From assembly GCA_001793095.1 (NCBI GenBank), contig MGHG01000007.1, positions 1,306 through 65,305 of the forward strand: a stretch of 64,000 bases of DNA, in the 5' to 3' direction. How positions within the stretch are numbered: the stretch's first letter is position 1; every line of letters begins with the position of its first letter. Below, piece after piece: positions 47,201 to 57,925 of the stretch. The position numbers and the translations under genes were made by a program. Below the pieces are notes generated by a model. That model was not told where the DNA came from and did no database searches. It was given only the letters and a program-made list of their open reading frames with translations. This DNA is from Candidatus Woesebacteria bacterium RIFCSPLOWO2_01_FULL_39_23. Lineage in GTDB: Bacteria > Patescibacteriota > Microgenomatia > UBA8517.

Positions 47201-48049
47201 ATGTATAAAGATCTTAGGCAAACCGGGGATTACACAAAATACGCAAAAAACATTGGGTGGGAGGTAGAAAGGGTAGGCAAGAACTATTGTTTTATAAAGA
47301 AATTCTCTATAGTTGGCTCTGTTGTTAAACTACAGAGACCGGGAAAAATTGGTCATAAAGATATTAAGATATTAGGATATTTAGCGAAAAGATATCGCGC
47401 TTATCAAATTGGTGTTGAACCAACAACCTCTGAACATGTTCCGTTGCTCGTGAAGTTCGGATATAAGATAAGTAGATATCCGTCTCTGCCTTCTAAAACT
47501 ATTCTTATAGATTTAAACAAGAATGATAAGGACTTGATGAACGGGATGCATTATAAAACTCGGTATAACATTGGAAAAGCAAAGAGGAATAAGTTAGCTG
47601 TTCACCGTTCGGAGAATATTAAAGAATTTGCTGATTTATGGCAGAAAAATTCAAAAAGTTGGGGCATGTTTTTACCGCAAACGAGTGAAATTACTGCTTT
47701 ATTCAAGGCATTTGATGGAGATGCAAAGATTATTTTCGCAAAGAAAGGTAAAGATATTGTAGCCGGCGTGATGGCTGTAAATACCAAGGACATCATCTAT
47801 TATATGTACGCTTTTTCGACTCCGTTGGGGAATAAACTTTTCGCACCGACTCTTTTGGTTTGGGAAATAATAAATTATGCAAAAGAAAAGGAGCTAAAAC
47901 TTTTTGATTTCGGGGGAGTATATGATGAGCGATTTCCGCTTCCGAGTTGGATTGGCTTCACCAGATTTAAGGAAAGTTTTGGGGGAATGGTCGTTGAGTA
48001 TCCCGGACTCTATGTTAAATCACTTCTTCCTTTCGGGCTTACTTTCTAA
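47201..48049 (+). CDS. FemAB-family peptidyltransferase-like protein (peptidoglycan interpeptide bridge)
   Basis: Acyl-CoA N-acyltransferase-like duplication and a conserved ...YYMYAFS...FDFGG region. Confidence 0.6.
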   Translation: MYKDLRQTGDYTKYAKNIGWEVERVGKNYCFIKKFSIVGSVVKLQRPGKIGHKDIKILGYLAKRYRAYQIGVEPTTSEHVPLLVKFGYKISRYPSLPSKTILIDLNKNDKDLMNGMHYKTRYNIGKAKRNKLAVHRSENIKEFADLWQKNSKSWGMFLPQTSEITALFKAFDGDAKIIFAKKGKDIVAGVMAVNTKDIIYYMYAFSTPLGNKLFAPTLLVWEIINYAKEKELKLFDFGGVYDERFPLPSWIGFTRFKESFGGMVVEYPGLYVKSLLPFGLTF

Positions 48050-49250
48050 TAAATAGAATGACATTGGGAAGGTTTCTACCTGGGCCGACTTTGTAGCCGC
48101 CACTCCAAAGTGCAGTTGAGCCGCCATCATCAAGGTTTAATGCATTCTCCATTCCGAGTGCTTTCATTACCCTTGCGGATTCGGCAACAGTCGCGTTATG
48201 AACGACTCCAATAAAAACAGTATTTCCTTTGTTAGCAACAAAACTTCTAGCGCCTTTTGATCCCTTTTTCGGATCGTCGTCGCCTCCAAAAGATATGTTT
48301 GAATTAAATACCAAAAGCGGGTAATTGGATAAAACCCCATTTGGGCCGGTATCTCTACCCCATTGCGATATGGCTGAAACAAATCTGATGTAGCCGTCTC
48401 CGAAAATAACACCCGGGTTGGTGCTATAAACATTATTGCCTGAATTAAAGTAAGTTTTATCTTTATTCATAACAAGTAGGTCAAAAGAGTTTGTTTTTCC
48501 GGCGCATGTCGGATATGTCGCAGGACAAAAATAGGTTCCGTTCACGCCGGCATATGCCCCGTTTCTGGAGATATAATCAGCTAAAGGAAGGACCGGACAA
48601 GCGTTTGCACAGTCGGAAGTACTCGCCGTATCGACGATAACTTTCGTACTTCCCAAATCCCCCGAAACAATATCCACCATAAATGTTCCAGCATCTACCT
48701 GCACGCTTTGTCTTCGGTAACCGGAGGACGGAGGAGTATTTTCGACCGGTAAATTTTCGGGAATCGTAAATGCAGATGAGATTTTATCCGTCTCGGCTTT
48801 AATATCATGTGACAGTTGAGTTATTTGGTCATTAGCTTTTTGATATTCCTGATTTGAAAGCAGTGTAAAAATTTCGGCCAATTGGTCGTCAAATTTAGAC
48901 GTATTTTTCGATATCGCTTTTAAATCGAGTAAACTTTCATACACGAGGACGGCATTTTTATATGCTTTTCGAATGCTCTCTATCTCGTCTTCAAGCTCTT
49001 TATTCTTCTTTCTTTGGTCTTCGTGTTCCATCTCATTTATTCTTTTTTGACTTTCTTCATAGCTTTTTGTAAGTTGGCTTTTTTCATTCTCAATAGACTC
49101 GATTTGTATATTCAGTTTCTGAGATTTTTGATATGTGAAACCTACGAAAACAAGGAGAGATAATGTTGAAAGTGATATCAAAATTAATATTAATATCTTT
49201 TTGTTGTATTTTATTTTAATCGCAGGCTTTTTAAATTTCGGAATTCTCAT
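48039..49250 (-). CDS. Membrane-anchored coiled-coil protein with a C-terminal phosphodiester glycosidase (NAGPA/DUF2233) domain
   Basis: TM, coiled coil, then NALNLDDGGSTALW, the signature of phosphodiester glycosidase family proteins. Confidence 0.65.
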   Translation of the reverse strand: MRIPKFKKPAIKIKYNKKILILILISLSTLSLLVFVGFTYQKSQKLNIQIESIENEKSQLTKSYEESQKRINEMEHEDQRKKNKELEDEIESIRKAYKNAVLVYESLLDLKAISKNTSKFDDQLAEIFTLLSNQEYQKANDQITQLSHDIKAETDKISSAFTIPENLPVENTPPSSGYRRQSVQVDAGTFMVDIVSGDLGSTKVIVDTASTSDCANACPVLPLADYISRNGAYAGVNGTYFCPATYPTCAGKTNSFDLLVMNKDKTYFNSGNNVYSTNPGVIFGDGYIRFVSAISQWGRDTGPNGVLSNYPLLVFNSNISFGGDDDPKKGSKGARSFVANKGNTVFIGVVHNATVAESARVMKALGMENALNLDDGGSTALWSGGYKVGPGRNLPNVILFIRK

Positions 49251-49277
49251 TTTTATTTTTATATAGTATTATGTTGC

Positions 49278-50549
49278 ATGATGATTAGTGCTTTTGCAAA
49301 TGCGAAAAAGCAAATTGATGACGTCGCAGAACTGTTAGGTGAGGATTATAGTAACAAAAAACGGTTTAAGATAGCCGTAGAACTTCTTAAAAAGCCCCAA
49401 AGAGTTTTAACAACTAATTTAAAAGTAAAATTAGATACCGGGAAAACAAAAAGTTTTAGAGCGTTTCGTAGTCAGCACAATAACGCCAGAGGCCCCTATA
49501 AAGGAGGCATAAGGTTTCACCCGAATGTTTCCGAAGATGAGATAAAAGCGCTCTCGACATGGATGAGCATAAAATGCGCAGTAGTCGATATTCCCTATGG
49601 TGGGGCTAAGGGTGGAATTATTTTTGACCCCAAGAAAGTATCTGAGTCGGAACTTCAACGGATTTGTCGGGCATATGCGAAGTTTCTAACTCCGCATATT
49701 GGAGCATGGGTTGACGTTCCGGCACCTGATGTTAATACGGGAGAGAAAGAAATGGCTTGGATGCTCGAAACTTATGAGGAAAAAATTGGTTATCATTCTC
49801 CTGCTACATTTACGGGTAAACCTATAGCGCTTGGAGGTTCACTTGGTAGAACAGAAGCAACTGGACAGGGCGGTGTTTTTGTTTTAGAAAGTTATGCCAA
49901 GCACCAGGGATTGGAGAGAGATAAATCAACACTAGCAGTTCAGGGTTTTGGTAACGTAGGCTATTGGTTTTCAAAATTGGCTGAAGAATTGGGATATAAA
50001 ATTGTGGCTGTTTCTGATTCGAGTGGGGGATTATACAGCTCCAAAGGATTGGAGATAGACGAGTTGGCTGAACTGAAAGAAAAACACGGATCGTTCAGCA
50101 ATCTTCCCAGGTCTAAAAACTATGAACTGATAACTAACGACAAATTACTTACTTTGAAAGCGGATATACTCGTTCCGGCAGCCTTAGAGAATGCGATATC
50201 CGTTACAAATGCTAAAAATGTTAATGTCAAAACAGTTCTTGAGATGGCGAACGGTCCGACGACTCCGGAGGGTGAAAAAATTCTGCTTAGAAAAAAAATA
50301 AATGTTTTACCGGATGTTTTATGCAACGCAGGAGGTGTGACAGTGTCCTATTTTGAGTGGGTTCAGAATCTGCACGGTTACCAATGGACTAAGGAGCGGG
50401 TGAATGAGGAACTTAAGGTTATTATTACCAATGCTTTTGAAGAAATTCACACTGTTGTCCATCAGAAAAAAATCTCCTACAGAAAAGCAGCTTACTACAT
50501 TGCAGTAAAGAGAATAATCGACGCAATGATGCTTCGGGGAAGAATTTAG
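49278..50549 (+). CDS. gdh: Glutamate dehydrogenase (Glu/Leu/Phe/Val dehydrogenase family)
   Basis: KGGIRFHP...ALSTWMSIKCAVVDIPYGGAKGG catalytic Lys region and GFGNVG Rossmann motif. Confidence 0.9.
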   Translation: MMISAFANAKKQIDDVAELLGEDYSNKKRFKIAVELLKKPQRVLTTNLKVKLDTGKTKSFRAFRSQHNNARGPYKGGIRFHPNVSEDEIKALSTWMSIKCAVVDIPYGGAKGGIIFDPKKVSESELQRICRAYAKFLTPHIGAWVDVPAPDVNTGEKEMAWMLETYEEKIGYHSPATFTGKPIALGGSLGRTEATGQGGVFVLESYAKHQGLERDKSTLAVQGFGNVGYWFSKLAEELGYKIVAVSDSSGGLYSSKGLEIDELAELKEKHGSFSNLPRSKNYELITNDKLLTLKADILVPAALENAISVTNAKNVNVKTVLEMANGPTTPEGEKILLRKKINVLPDVLCNAGGVTVSYFEWVQNLHGYQWTKERVNEELKVIITNAFEEIHTVVHQKKISYRKAAYYIAVKRIIDAMMLRGRI

Positions 50550-50558
50550 TCAAATTTT

Positions 50559-50798
50559 CTAAATATTGTTATATTTTTCTAATAGTTTTTCAATTGTTGT
50601 ATATTGAGTTTTTGCCATGCGTTCAAAAAGAGCACCCGTATCATATGCATCCCAAGTTTGAATTCCGGAATCACCGAAAGGAGGTAATTCTACTCCTTGT
50701 AATTCGAATAACTCCTTAATTATAGGAATTGCCCTAACGCCATAGTAATATTTTTCGTAACCTTTTAGAACTCCTTGTCTTGCACACTCTGCTGACAT
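50559..50798 (-). CDS. Hypothetical protein
   Basis: 79-aa ORF downstream of tdh. Confidence 0.3.
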   Translation of the reverse strand: MSAECARQGVLKGYEKYYYGVRAIPIIKELFELQGVELPPFGDSGIQTWDAYDTGALFERMAKTQYTTIEKLLEKYNNI

Positions 50799-50819
50799 AA
50801 TTTAGACTATAACACTGTA

Positions 50820-51851
50820 TTATGGAATCATTACCACCTTTCCGCTATTACCGCTTTCCATAACTTCGAATGCTTTCTCAAATTCTTCAAGCTTGAAGGT
50901 GTGAGTGACGATAGGTGAGAGATCAACTTTACTGTTATCTACTAAATTCTCTAGCTGTTCCCAGGTTGTCCACAAAAGCCTGCCGACTACTCCGTGAATA
51001 GTTATTCCTTTGAAGATAACAAACGAATTAATATCAAAATTAATTGGTTTTGGGTATAGGCCGAAAGCTATAACGTCGCCTCCCGCTCTGACGCTTTTTA
51101 TACCATCCAACATTGCTGACTCTGCTCCGGACATTTCAAGGAGTACATCAACTCCCACTCCATTGGTTTTTTCAGATATGAATAGTGGAAGATTAGTATT
51201 TTTAGGATTAACAGTAAAATTTGCGCCTAATTTTTTGGCAAAATTGATCCTGTTGCCGCTAATATCTGATGCAATAATAAGTTTAGCTTTTTGTTCTTTT
51301 GCAGCAAGTAAAGACATTAAACCCACAGGTCCACAACCAGCGATGAGAACGGTTTTTCCGGTCAATGGAATTTTGAATGCTGCATGAACAGCATTGCCAA
51401 AATTTTCCTTTAAGACAGCAATATTAACATGTAAATCTTTCGGATTTCTGCGTGCATTTTGCCAGGGAAGCGCGATATATTCTGCAAAACTTCCGTTTGT
51501 GTCAACACCTATAATTTTTGTCTCGGGAGCGACGTGACCTAAATTGTTTTTATAAAATTCACCATTGTAATCGACTATATGGCTTTCAGCGCTGATAAAG
51601 TCTCCTGTTTTAAGTTGTTTAACGTTTTTTCCCGTTTTTACAATCTCTCCGCATAGTTCGTGGCCTTGAATCAAAGGCAGATTTTTTACCCGTAACTTAG
51701 CCCAGTTGTCCCAGTTATAAATATGTAGGTCTGTCCCACAGATAGATGTCGCTTTAACTTTAATGAGAACATCACTTGACCCAACTTTAGGTGTTGCTAC
51801 ATCAACCAATTTAAGTCCGGTTGTTTTTGCGGTTTTTACTAGTGCCTTCAT
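50820..51851 (-). CDS. tdh: L-threonine 3-dehydrogenase (Zn-dependent MDR family)
   Basis: ATSICGTDLHIY...GHE zinc ligands and GCGPVG Rossmann motif. It is adjacent to kbl. Confidence 0.9.
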   Translation of the reverse strand: MKALVKTAKTTGLKLVDVATPKVGSSDVLIKVKATSICGTDLHIYNWDNWAKLRVKNLPLIQGHELCGEIVKTGKNVKQLKTGDFISAESHIVDYNGEFYKNNLGHVAPETKIIGVDTNGSFAEYIALPWQNARRNPKDLHVNIAVLKENFGNAVHAAFKIPLTGKTVLIAGCGPVGLMSLLAAKEQKAKLIIASDISGNRINFAKKLGANFTVNPKNTNLPLFISEKTNGVGVDVLLEMSGAESAMLDGIKSVRAGGDVIAFGLYPKPINFDINSFVIFKGITIHGVVGRLLWTTWEQLENLVDNSKVDLSPIVTHTFKLEEFEKAFEVMESGNSGKVVMIP

Positions 51852-51925
51852 TGAATAACTTTTCCAATAATTTCTAAATATCTTGCCTCATCTTGCTCTA
51901 TTGCTATATAGCAATAGAGCGGACA

Positions 51926-53131
51926 TTAGGTAATTACATTAAGCAAGAACCCAACCCTCTTAAAAGACTTGAGCGCTTTGTCTAAATTGTCTTTAGTGTG
52001 TGATGCACTGATCATTACTCTGATTCTGGCTTTTTCTAAGGGTACTGTAGGGTAGGTTATCGCTGTTGCAAATATTCCGCTATCAAATAATAATTTACTG
52101 AATTCTTTTGCAAGTTTAGCCTCTCCCAGCATTACCGGAACAATCGGAGTCTGTGAATTTCCAATATCAAAGCCAAGTCTTGTCATCGCGTTTTTAAAAT
52201 AATATGTGTTTTCCCAGAGTTTTTTAACTAACTCATCCGATGCTTCGAGGATTTTAACTGCTTCCAAACAAGCAGCAGTATCGGGTATCGTCATCGCCGA
52301 AGAAAACAGAAATGGTCTTGCTTTTTGTCTTAACCAATCAATTATTAATTTTCTTCCTGCAACCATGCCGCCGACTACGCCAAAAGCCTTACTCATTGTT
52401 CCTACCTCCACATCTACTTTTCCATGAAGGTTAAAGTGGTCGGTAATTCCCCGACCTTTACCCCCTAAAACACCCTCACCGTGTGCGTCGTCGACCATTA
52501 AGAGTGCACTATATTCTTCGGCAAGTTTAGTCAGTTCAGGCAGGGGAGCAATATCTCCGTCCATACTAAAAACGCCGTCCGAAATAATAAGTTTTTTCGT
52601 TACTTCGTTACTTTGTTTCTTCGTTTGAATAAATTTCTCCTCTAAATCGCTGGTGTCAAGGTGGTGATACCTTATTACTTCAGCTTTGGATAAGCGGCAA
52701 GCGTCAATAATGCTTGCGTGATTTAGTTCATCCGAGAAGATAATATCCCCTTCCCCAACAAGAGCGGGGATAGTTGCCAAATTTGCCATAAAACCAGACT
52801 GAAAAATTATAACGTCTTCGGCTTTTTTAAACTTGGCTAATGCCTTCTCAAGATCATTATGGAGGCTATTTGTTCCCGCTATGGTTCGTACAGCTCCCGG
52901 TCCAACCCCGAATTTATCAATTGCATTTTTGGCAGCTAATTTTATCTTCGGGTGATTTGCAAGCCCCAGATAATTATTAGAACAAAAGTTCAGGACACTC
53001 TTGCCGTCGATTACCAAGTTTGCTCCCATCGGACTTTCAATCTCGCGGAAATTGATAAGCAGCGACTTCTCACGGAGATTTTGCATCTCTTTTTCTATCC
53101 ATGAAATTTTCTTGGGAATTTTTGTATTCAC
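51926..53131 (-). CDS. kbl: 2-amino-3-ketobutyrate CoA ligase (glycine C-acetyltransferase)
   Basis: PLP-dependent alpha-oxoamine synthase motifs (GTMSKAFG with the PLP Lys, SNNYLGL). Confidence 0.9.
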   Translation of the reverse strand: MNTKIPKKISWIEKEMQNLREKSLLINFREIESPMGANLVIDGKSVLNFCSNNYLGLANHPKIKLAAKNAIDKFGVGPGAVRTIAGTNSLHNDLEKALAKFKKAEDVIIFQSGFMANLATIPALVGEGDIIFSDELNHASIIDACRLSKAEVIRYHHLDTSDLEEKFIQTKKQSNEVTKKLIISDGVFSMDGDIAPLPELTKLAEEYSALLMVDDAHGEGVLGGKGRGITDHFNLHGKVDVEVGTMSKAFGVVGGMVAGRKLIIDWLRQKARPFLFSSAMTIPDTAACLEAVKILEASDELVKKLWENTYYFKNAMTRLGFDIGNSQTPIVPVMLGEAKLAKEFSKLLFDSGIFATAITYPTVPLEKARIRVMISASHTKDNLDKALKSFKRVGFLLNVIT

Positions 53132-53192
53132 TTTAGTTGTGTCGAGTGTAGCATACCGAAGCTCGGTGTTACCAGTTGTGGTATATTTAAGT

Positions 53193-55652
53193 ATGGAATT
53201 TTTGAGCTGGCATTATAGTGAGGGGATCACTTTTTATATTAAAAGATGGGTCTATGGTCTCAGATTTATTAACCACTATTTTTCACTTCCATTACTTTTG
53301 GAAACACTTTTTTCTCCCTGGAAAAGGCTTGAGTCGGACGACAATCAACCCGGATTTAATATTTCAAGATATTTCGAAAACTTAACATTTGATGTGATAT
53401 CAAGAGGAATTGGTGCGGTTGTTAGGATTACCCTTTTCATTATTGGAGTATTTTCTTTAGTTATTATTTTTGTCGGCGGTGGGGTGGGAATTCTTGTTTG
53501 GCTAATTCTCCCTTTTATCGGCTTACCCGCTTATGTCAGATTTCAAATGCGGCCGAGTATTTTTGTTAAGAAAACAATGGCTGATTATAAAAGCGGAAAA
53601 GATCCCTTTAAGTCATTTTTTGTAAATCCGGCAGGAAAATTTCTGATAGATCACCTAGGCCTGACAGCTAGTGATTTTAAAGAGATAACATTTTTAGATC
53701 GGTCAAAAATTCCCAATTTTACACCCCAATCATATACGGATATTATAGAAAAGTTTATAAAAATTAATGTTTGGCGGGAAGATATACTGAGCAAAAAGTC
53801 TTTAATTTTTGACGATCTAATGCTTACGGCAAAATGGTGGGACGATTTAAGAAAACTTCAAGCCCACCTCGACGATCACGAGAACTATGGCAGGCCGGGA
53901 TTGGGACTCGATCTTATCTTCGGTTATATTCCGATACTATCTCAATATTCATTAGATCTGACAGGCGCAAAACCCTTCCAACATAAATTAATAGGAAGAG
54001 AAGACGTTGTAAAAAGAATGGAGAGAGTGCTGTCAGGCGGAAGCAGTATTATATTACTTGGTCAACCCGGAGTCGGTAAAAAGACTGTTGTCCTGGAATT
54101 TGCACAAAAAGCAATAACGGGTGAGCTCGGTGAAAAAATGTCCTTTAAAAGAGTTTTGGAATTTGACTATAACTCTCTTTTATCCGGATCGTTTGACCTT
54201 AATACTAAAAAAACCCGGCTTGCGCATATTTTCAGAGAAGCTTCGGCAGCAGGGAATATCATCCTGTTAATTCGCGATATTCAAAGACTGACGAATCCGG
54301 AAGTTGAAGGATATGACTTTACGGATGTTTTCGAAGAGTATTTGGAAAAAAGAAATCTTAAGCTGATTGTTATCTCCTCGCCGGTTGAATATGAACGTTT
54401 TGTCGCTGGGAACCTGCGACTCCGAAAGTTTTTTGAAACCGTTGAGGTTACGCCTCCTTCGATGGAAATTGCGATGGATATATTAATAGAGGTGGCAAAA
54501 AATTGGGAGTATTCAACAAATATTACAATTACGGTTCCCTCCCTTCGCAAGATTCTTGAAGAGTCCGACCGCTATATTACTGAAACACCTTTTCCTGAAA
54601 AAGCGCTGGAGCTGTTGGACTCAATAGTAAATTACCGCAAACTTAATGGAGGAGGTGTTGTAACAATTAGCGATGCAAATACGGTTTTGGCTGAAAAGAC
54701 GGGTGTTTCTTTTTCTGCATTAACTGAAGTAGATAAAACCCGTCTTAATAATCTGGAGGAACTGATTCACAAAAGATTGATCAATCAGGAGGGAGCTGTT
54801 TCGATGATAGCAAAAAGTATGCGCGGCAGGAGTGTCGGGGCGATTAAACCCGACAGACCAATCGGATCCTTCCTTTTTATGGGGCCAACCGGTGTTGGTA
54901 AAACCGAGACGGCGAGAGTTTTAGCGTCTGTTTATTACGGTAGTGAAAATCAGATTTTACGTTTTGATATGGCGGAGTATGCAGGGGCGGAGGGTATTTC
55001 CCGGCTTATCGGCTCAGTTGCCGGAAATAGGCCAGGAGTTTTAACTACTGCCATAAAAAATCGCCCGGCATCGTTACTACTTTTGGACGAGATAGAAAAA
55101 GCGCCGAAAGATATTTTTAATCTCTTTTTAGCAATGCTCGATGAAGGTATGCTTACGGACGCTTTCGGCAGAAGGATAAATTGCAGACACCTTTTTGTTA
55201 TCGCAACTTCGAATGCAGGGGCGGAGTATGTTAGGCAATTGGTTTCAAGTGGTGTGAGAGGCGAAGAGTTGCAAAAGGAAGTTGTTAATTACGTTCTTGA
55301 AAAAGGAATATTTTCCCCCGAGCTGATTAATCGTTTTGATGGGGTGATTGTTTACGAGCCGCTATCGCGCGATGATTTGGTAAAAATAGCTCGGCTTCTT
55401 CTCGAGGATTTGGCAAAAAACTTAAAGAAACAGGATATAAATATCGAGGTATCAGAAGAAGCTGCAATAAAGTTAGCAGCTGATGGTTATGATCCGGCTT
55501 TCGGTGCCCGTCCAATGCGAAGAATAGTCGATCTCTATATAGGTGATTTAGTGAGTCGGGCAATTCTGGAAAATCAGATTACAGGAGGGGACAGGATAAA
55601 ACTTATTCCGGGTAGCGGCGTTCGAGAATTCACTTGGGAGAAAGTAGCCTAA
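53193..55652 (+). CDS. ClpA/ClpB/ClpC-like double-AAA+ ATPase with an N-terminal membrane-anchor region
   Basis: D1 ([13 protein letters not shown]) and D2 ([28 protein letters not shown]...TSNAG). The first 120 aa hold two or so TM helices. The start is set at ATG 53193 because the track start at 53001 overlaps kbl. Confidence 0.8.
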   Translation: MEFLSWHYSEGITFYIKRWVYGLRFINHYFSLPLLLETLFSPWKRLESDDNQPGFNISRYFENLTFDVISRGIGAVVRITLFIIGVFSLVIIFVGGGVGILVWLILPFIGLPAYVRFQMRPSIFVKKTMADYKSGKDPFKSFFVNPAGKFLIDHLGLTASDFKEITFLDRSKIPNFTPQSYTDIIEKFIKINVWREDILSKKSLIFDDLMLTAKWWDDLRKLQAHLDDHENYGRPGLGLDLIFGYIPILSQYSLDLTGAKPFQHKLIGREDVVKRMERVLSGGSSIILLGQPGVGKKTVVLEFAQKAITGELGEKMSFKRVLEFDYNSLLSGSFDLNTKKTRLAHIFREASAAGNIILLIRDIQRLTNPEVEGYDFTDVFEEYLEKRNLKLIVISSPVEYERFVAGNLRLRKFFETVEVTPPSMEIAMDILIEVAKNWEYSTNITITVPSLRKILEESDRYITETPFPEKALELLDSIVNYRKLNGGGVVTISDANTVLAEKTGVSFSALTEVDKTRLNNLEELIHKRLINQEGAVSMIAKSMRGRSVGAIKPDRPIGSFLFMGPTGVGKTETARVLASVYYGSENQILRFDMAEYAGAEGISRLIGSVAGNRPGVLTTAIKNRPASLLLLDEIEKAPKDIFNLFLAMLDEGMLTDAFGRRINCRHLFVIATSNAGAEYVRQLVSSGVRGEELQKEVVNYVLEKGIFSPELINRFDGVIVYEPLSRDDLVKIARLLLEDLAKNLKKQDINIEVSEEAAIKLAADGYDPAFGARPMRRIVDLYIGDLVSRAILENQITGGDRIKLIPGSGVREFTWEKVA

Positions 55653-55654
55653 CT

Positions 55655-56605
55655 ATGGCATCTGCTAAAATTGATTCCTTACTGAAGTTTCTCGCGGAAA
55701 AAGGAGTTATTTTGAAGATACTCTCGATTTTAACTACCTTGATTTTAGCCTCGACACTTATATTTTTCTATTTTTTTATCTATCTGTCTCCCAAGGCAAT
55801 TCTTTTAAGAGCTTTCCATAATATTAATCAGACCGATGCGTTTAAATATTCCTTGGACTTAAACTTAAAATTTGATAGTAATTCCGGTAATTATTTAGGT
55901 AGTCAGGAGGGCGCGATTGAGGAGATAGTTAAGTCAAAAGAAACGCATCTAAACTACAGAATAGTGACAGATGGCCAAATCAGATTAAGCGGAAATGCAG
56001 ATATCGAATCAGCAGTAAATATACTGACCGATGGAAAAAAAGTAGTAAATTTTGATCTTCTTTACAAGGATGCGAGTATCTTTTTTAAGATAAATGATTT
56101 TCTTTACAAGGACTATGTGGATAAGCAGTTACAGGGTGGTTGGATAAAAATTGAAAACGATTTTTGGAAAAACAAAAATATTTTAAATGAGCTTGGTGAT
56201 ACTCCCAATATATCTACTGATTCGTCCGAGTTTTCGGTGTTCCGAAATTTTCCTTTAGTAATAACCGACAAGCTGCCTTCTGATAGGGTTCGCGGGGCCA
56301 TTAGCTATCATTTTAAATATAAGGTTAATAAAGATAAGTTAAAAAGGCTAATTTCGGAAAAAGTAAATTTTTTTAATCCAAATTTATTTAAGTTTATCGG
56401 AGGTGCAGAATTCAGTGAGGGCGATCTCTGGGTCGCTAAGGGGGGAGATCTATATAGAATTAAAGGATCTGTGCATATAGATAACGTCGGTTCAGTCGGT
56501 AATTATTTAGATTTACCATACGATATCACCTTTTATAGAAGTAATGACATAAATGACATTAAACCGCCTCAAAGTTATAAAAATATCGACGACATACTAA
56601 AATAA
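55655..56605 (+). CDS. Hypothetical membrane-anchored extracytoplasmic protein
   Basis: Start at MASAKID, 2 nt after the Clp-like stop. One TM (ILKILSILTTLILASTLIFFYFFIY), then a 270-aa hydrophilic domain. Confidence 0.5.
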   Translation: MASAKIDSLLKFLAEKGVILKILSILTTLILASTLIFFYFFIYLSPKAILLRAFHNINQTDAFKYSLDLNLKFDSNSGNYLGSQEGAIEEIVKSKETHLNYRIVTDGQIRLSGNADIESAVNILTDGKKVVNFDLLYKDASIFFKINDFLYKDYVDKQLQGGWIKIENDFWKNKNILNELGDTPNISTDSSEFSVFRNFPLVITDKLPSDRVRGAISYHFKYKVNKDKLKRLISEKVNFFNPNLFKFIGGAEFSEGDLWVAKGGDLYRIKGSVHIDNVGSVGNYLDLPYDITFYRSNDINDIKPPQSYKNIDDILK

Positions 56606-56716
56606 TTTTAGCCTCAAACTTGATTCATCGGTACAAATATGTACCGGTATACTATTATTAGTACTTGACTTCGAAATGCATAGGTCTAATACTGGAATAA
56701 TTGGTGCACATAAATC

Positions 56717-57922
56717 ATGAATCCTCGTGTATTGATGATTGGCTGGGAGTTACCGCCTTTTAATAGTGGCGGTCTCGGTGAGGCTTGTTTGGGGCTTGCA
56801 AAAGCGCTTTCAAAGAAGGGAGTTAAAATTACTTTCGTTCTACCCCAGAAAGTTGATATCAATGTTGATTTTATGGATGTCGTTTTTGCTGACATTGAGG
56901 ATAGTTTAAAAATGATGTTAAGCTCGTACGTGACATACTCAGAATGGGCAAAACAATTCGGTACGGATGGAAAAAACATTAATCCGTTCGATTTTTTAGG
57001 TGGAGCTTTAGAATACGCAGAAAAGATTGGAAAAATTGCGAGAAGGTGTAACTTTGATCTAGTACATTCTCATGATTGGTTAACATTTCCGGCAGGTATA
57101 GTTGCCAAGAAATTAAGCAATAAGCCTTTCGTGACCCATGTCCATCAGACTGAAATGGACCGTACGGGTGGTCATAATTTAAATCCTATTGTCTATAATA
57201 TTGAAAAAGTGGGAATGGAAAAAGCGGATAAAGTTATTTCCGTCAGTCAGTTTACAAAAAATATCTTGGTTAATAATTATGCGATAGACCCAAATAAGAT
57301 AACCGTAGTTCATAATGGGATTGAAGAAATTTCCAGGAAAAGACTTCCCCCGGCTTTGGCCGCGATGAAAAAATTAAATTACAAACTCGTGCTCTTTTTA
57401 GGGAGAATTACCCTAATGAAAGGACCGGAATATTTTGTCAGGGCTGCAAAGACGGTTCTAGAACATCGACCAAAGACAATATTTGTCGTAGTCGGATCCG
57501 GCGATATGCAGGAGCAAATGATGGCTGAAGCGGGCAATTTGGGTATTATGGATAACTTTCTTTTTACCGGTTTTTTAAGAGGTGAGGAGAAGAATAGAAT
57601 TTGGCAGTCAGCAGATCTTTTTGTCATTCCTTCTGTTTCTGAACCTTTCGGAATAACCGCACTTGAGTCGATAGCCAATGGAACTCCAGTCCTCTTATCT
57701 AAGCAATCAGGAGTTGCTGAAGTTTTATCACACGTTCTGAAGGTGGACTTTTGGGATACAGATGAGATGGCTAATAAAATTATTTCAGTCCTTGCTTATC
57801 CATCATTGAAAAAAGTGCTGAAACAGGAAAGTTCAAAGGAACTTCCGCTTATCAATTGGGATAAATCAGCCGACAAGTGTATTGGAATTTATAGAAGCAT
57901 TCAAGAAAACCACGGGTTTTGA
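56717..57922 (+). CDS. GT4/GT5-type glycosyltransferase (glycogen/alpha-glucan synthase-like)
   Basis: N-terminal GWELPPFNSGGLGEA and a C-terminal EPFGITALES motif, typical of the GT-B retaining family. Confidence 0.75.
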   Translation: MNPRVLMIGWELPPFNSGGLGEACLGLAKALSKKGVKITFVLPQKVDINVDFMDVVFADIEDSLKMMLSSYVTYSEWAKQFGTDGKNINPFDFLGGALEYAEKIGKIARRCNFDLVHSHDWLTFPAGIVAKKLSNKPFVTHVHQTEMDRTGGHNLNPIVYNIEKVGMEKADKVISVSQFTKNILVNNYAIDPNKITVVHNGIEEISRKRLPPALAAMKKLNYKLVLFLGRITLMKGPEYFVRAAKTVLEHRPKTIFVVVGSGDMQEQMMAEAGNLGIMDNFLFTGFLRGEEKNRIWQSADLFVIPSVSEPFGITALESIANGTPVLLSKQSGVAEVLSHVLKVDFWDTDEMANKIISVLAYPSLKKVLKQESSKELPLINWDKSADKCIGIYRSIQENHGF

Positions 57923-57925
57923 CCC

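Noticed and set aside
53001-53192. Upstream 64 codons of the Clp-like ORF as annotated in the track
   Set aside because: It overlaps the kbl gene by 130 nt on the opposite strand, so the internal Met at 53193 is the more plausible start.
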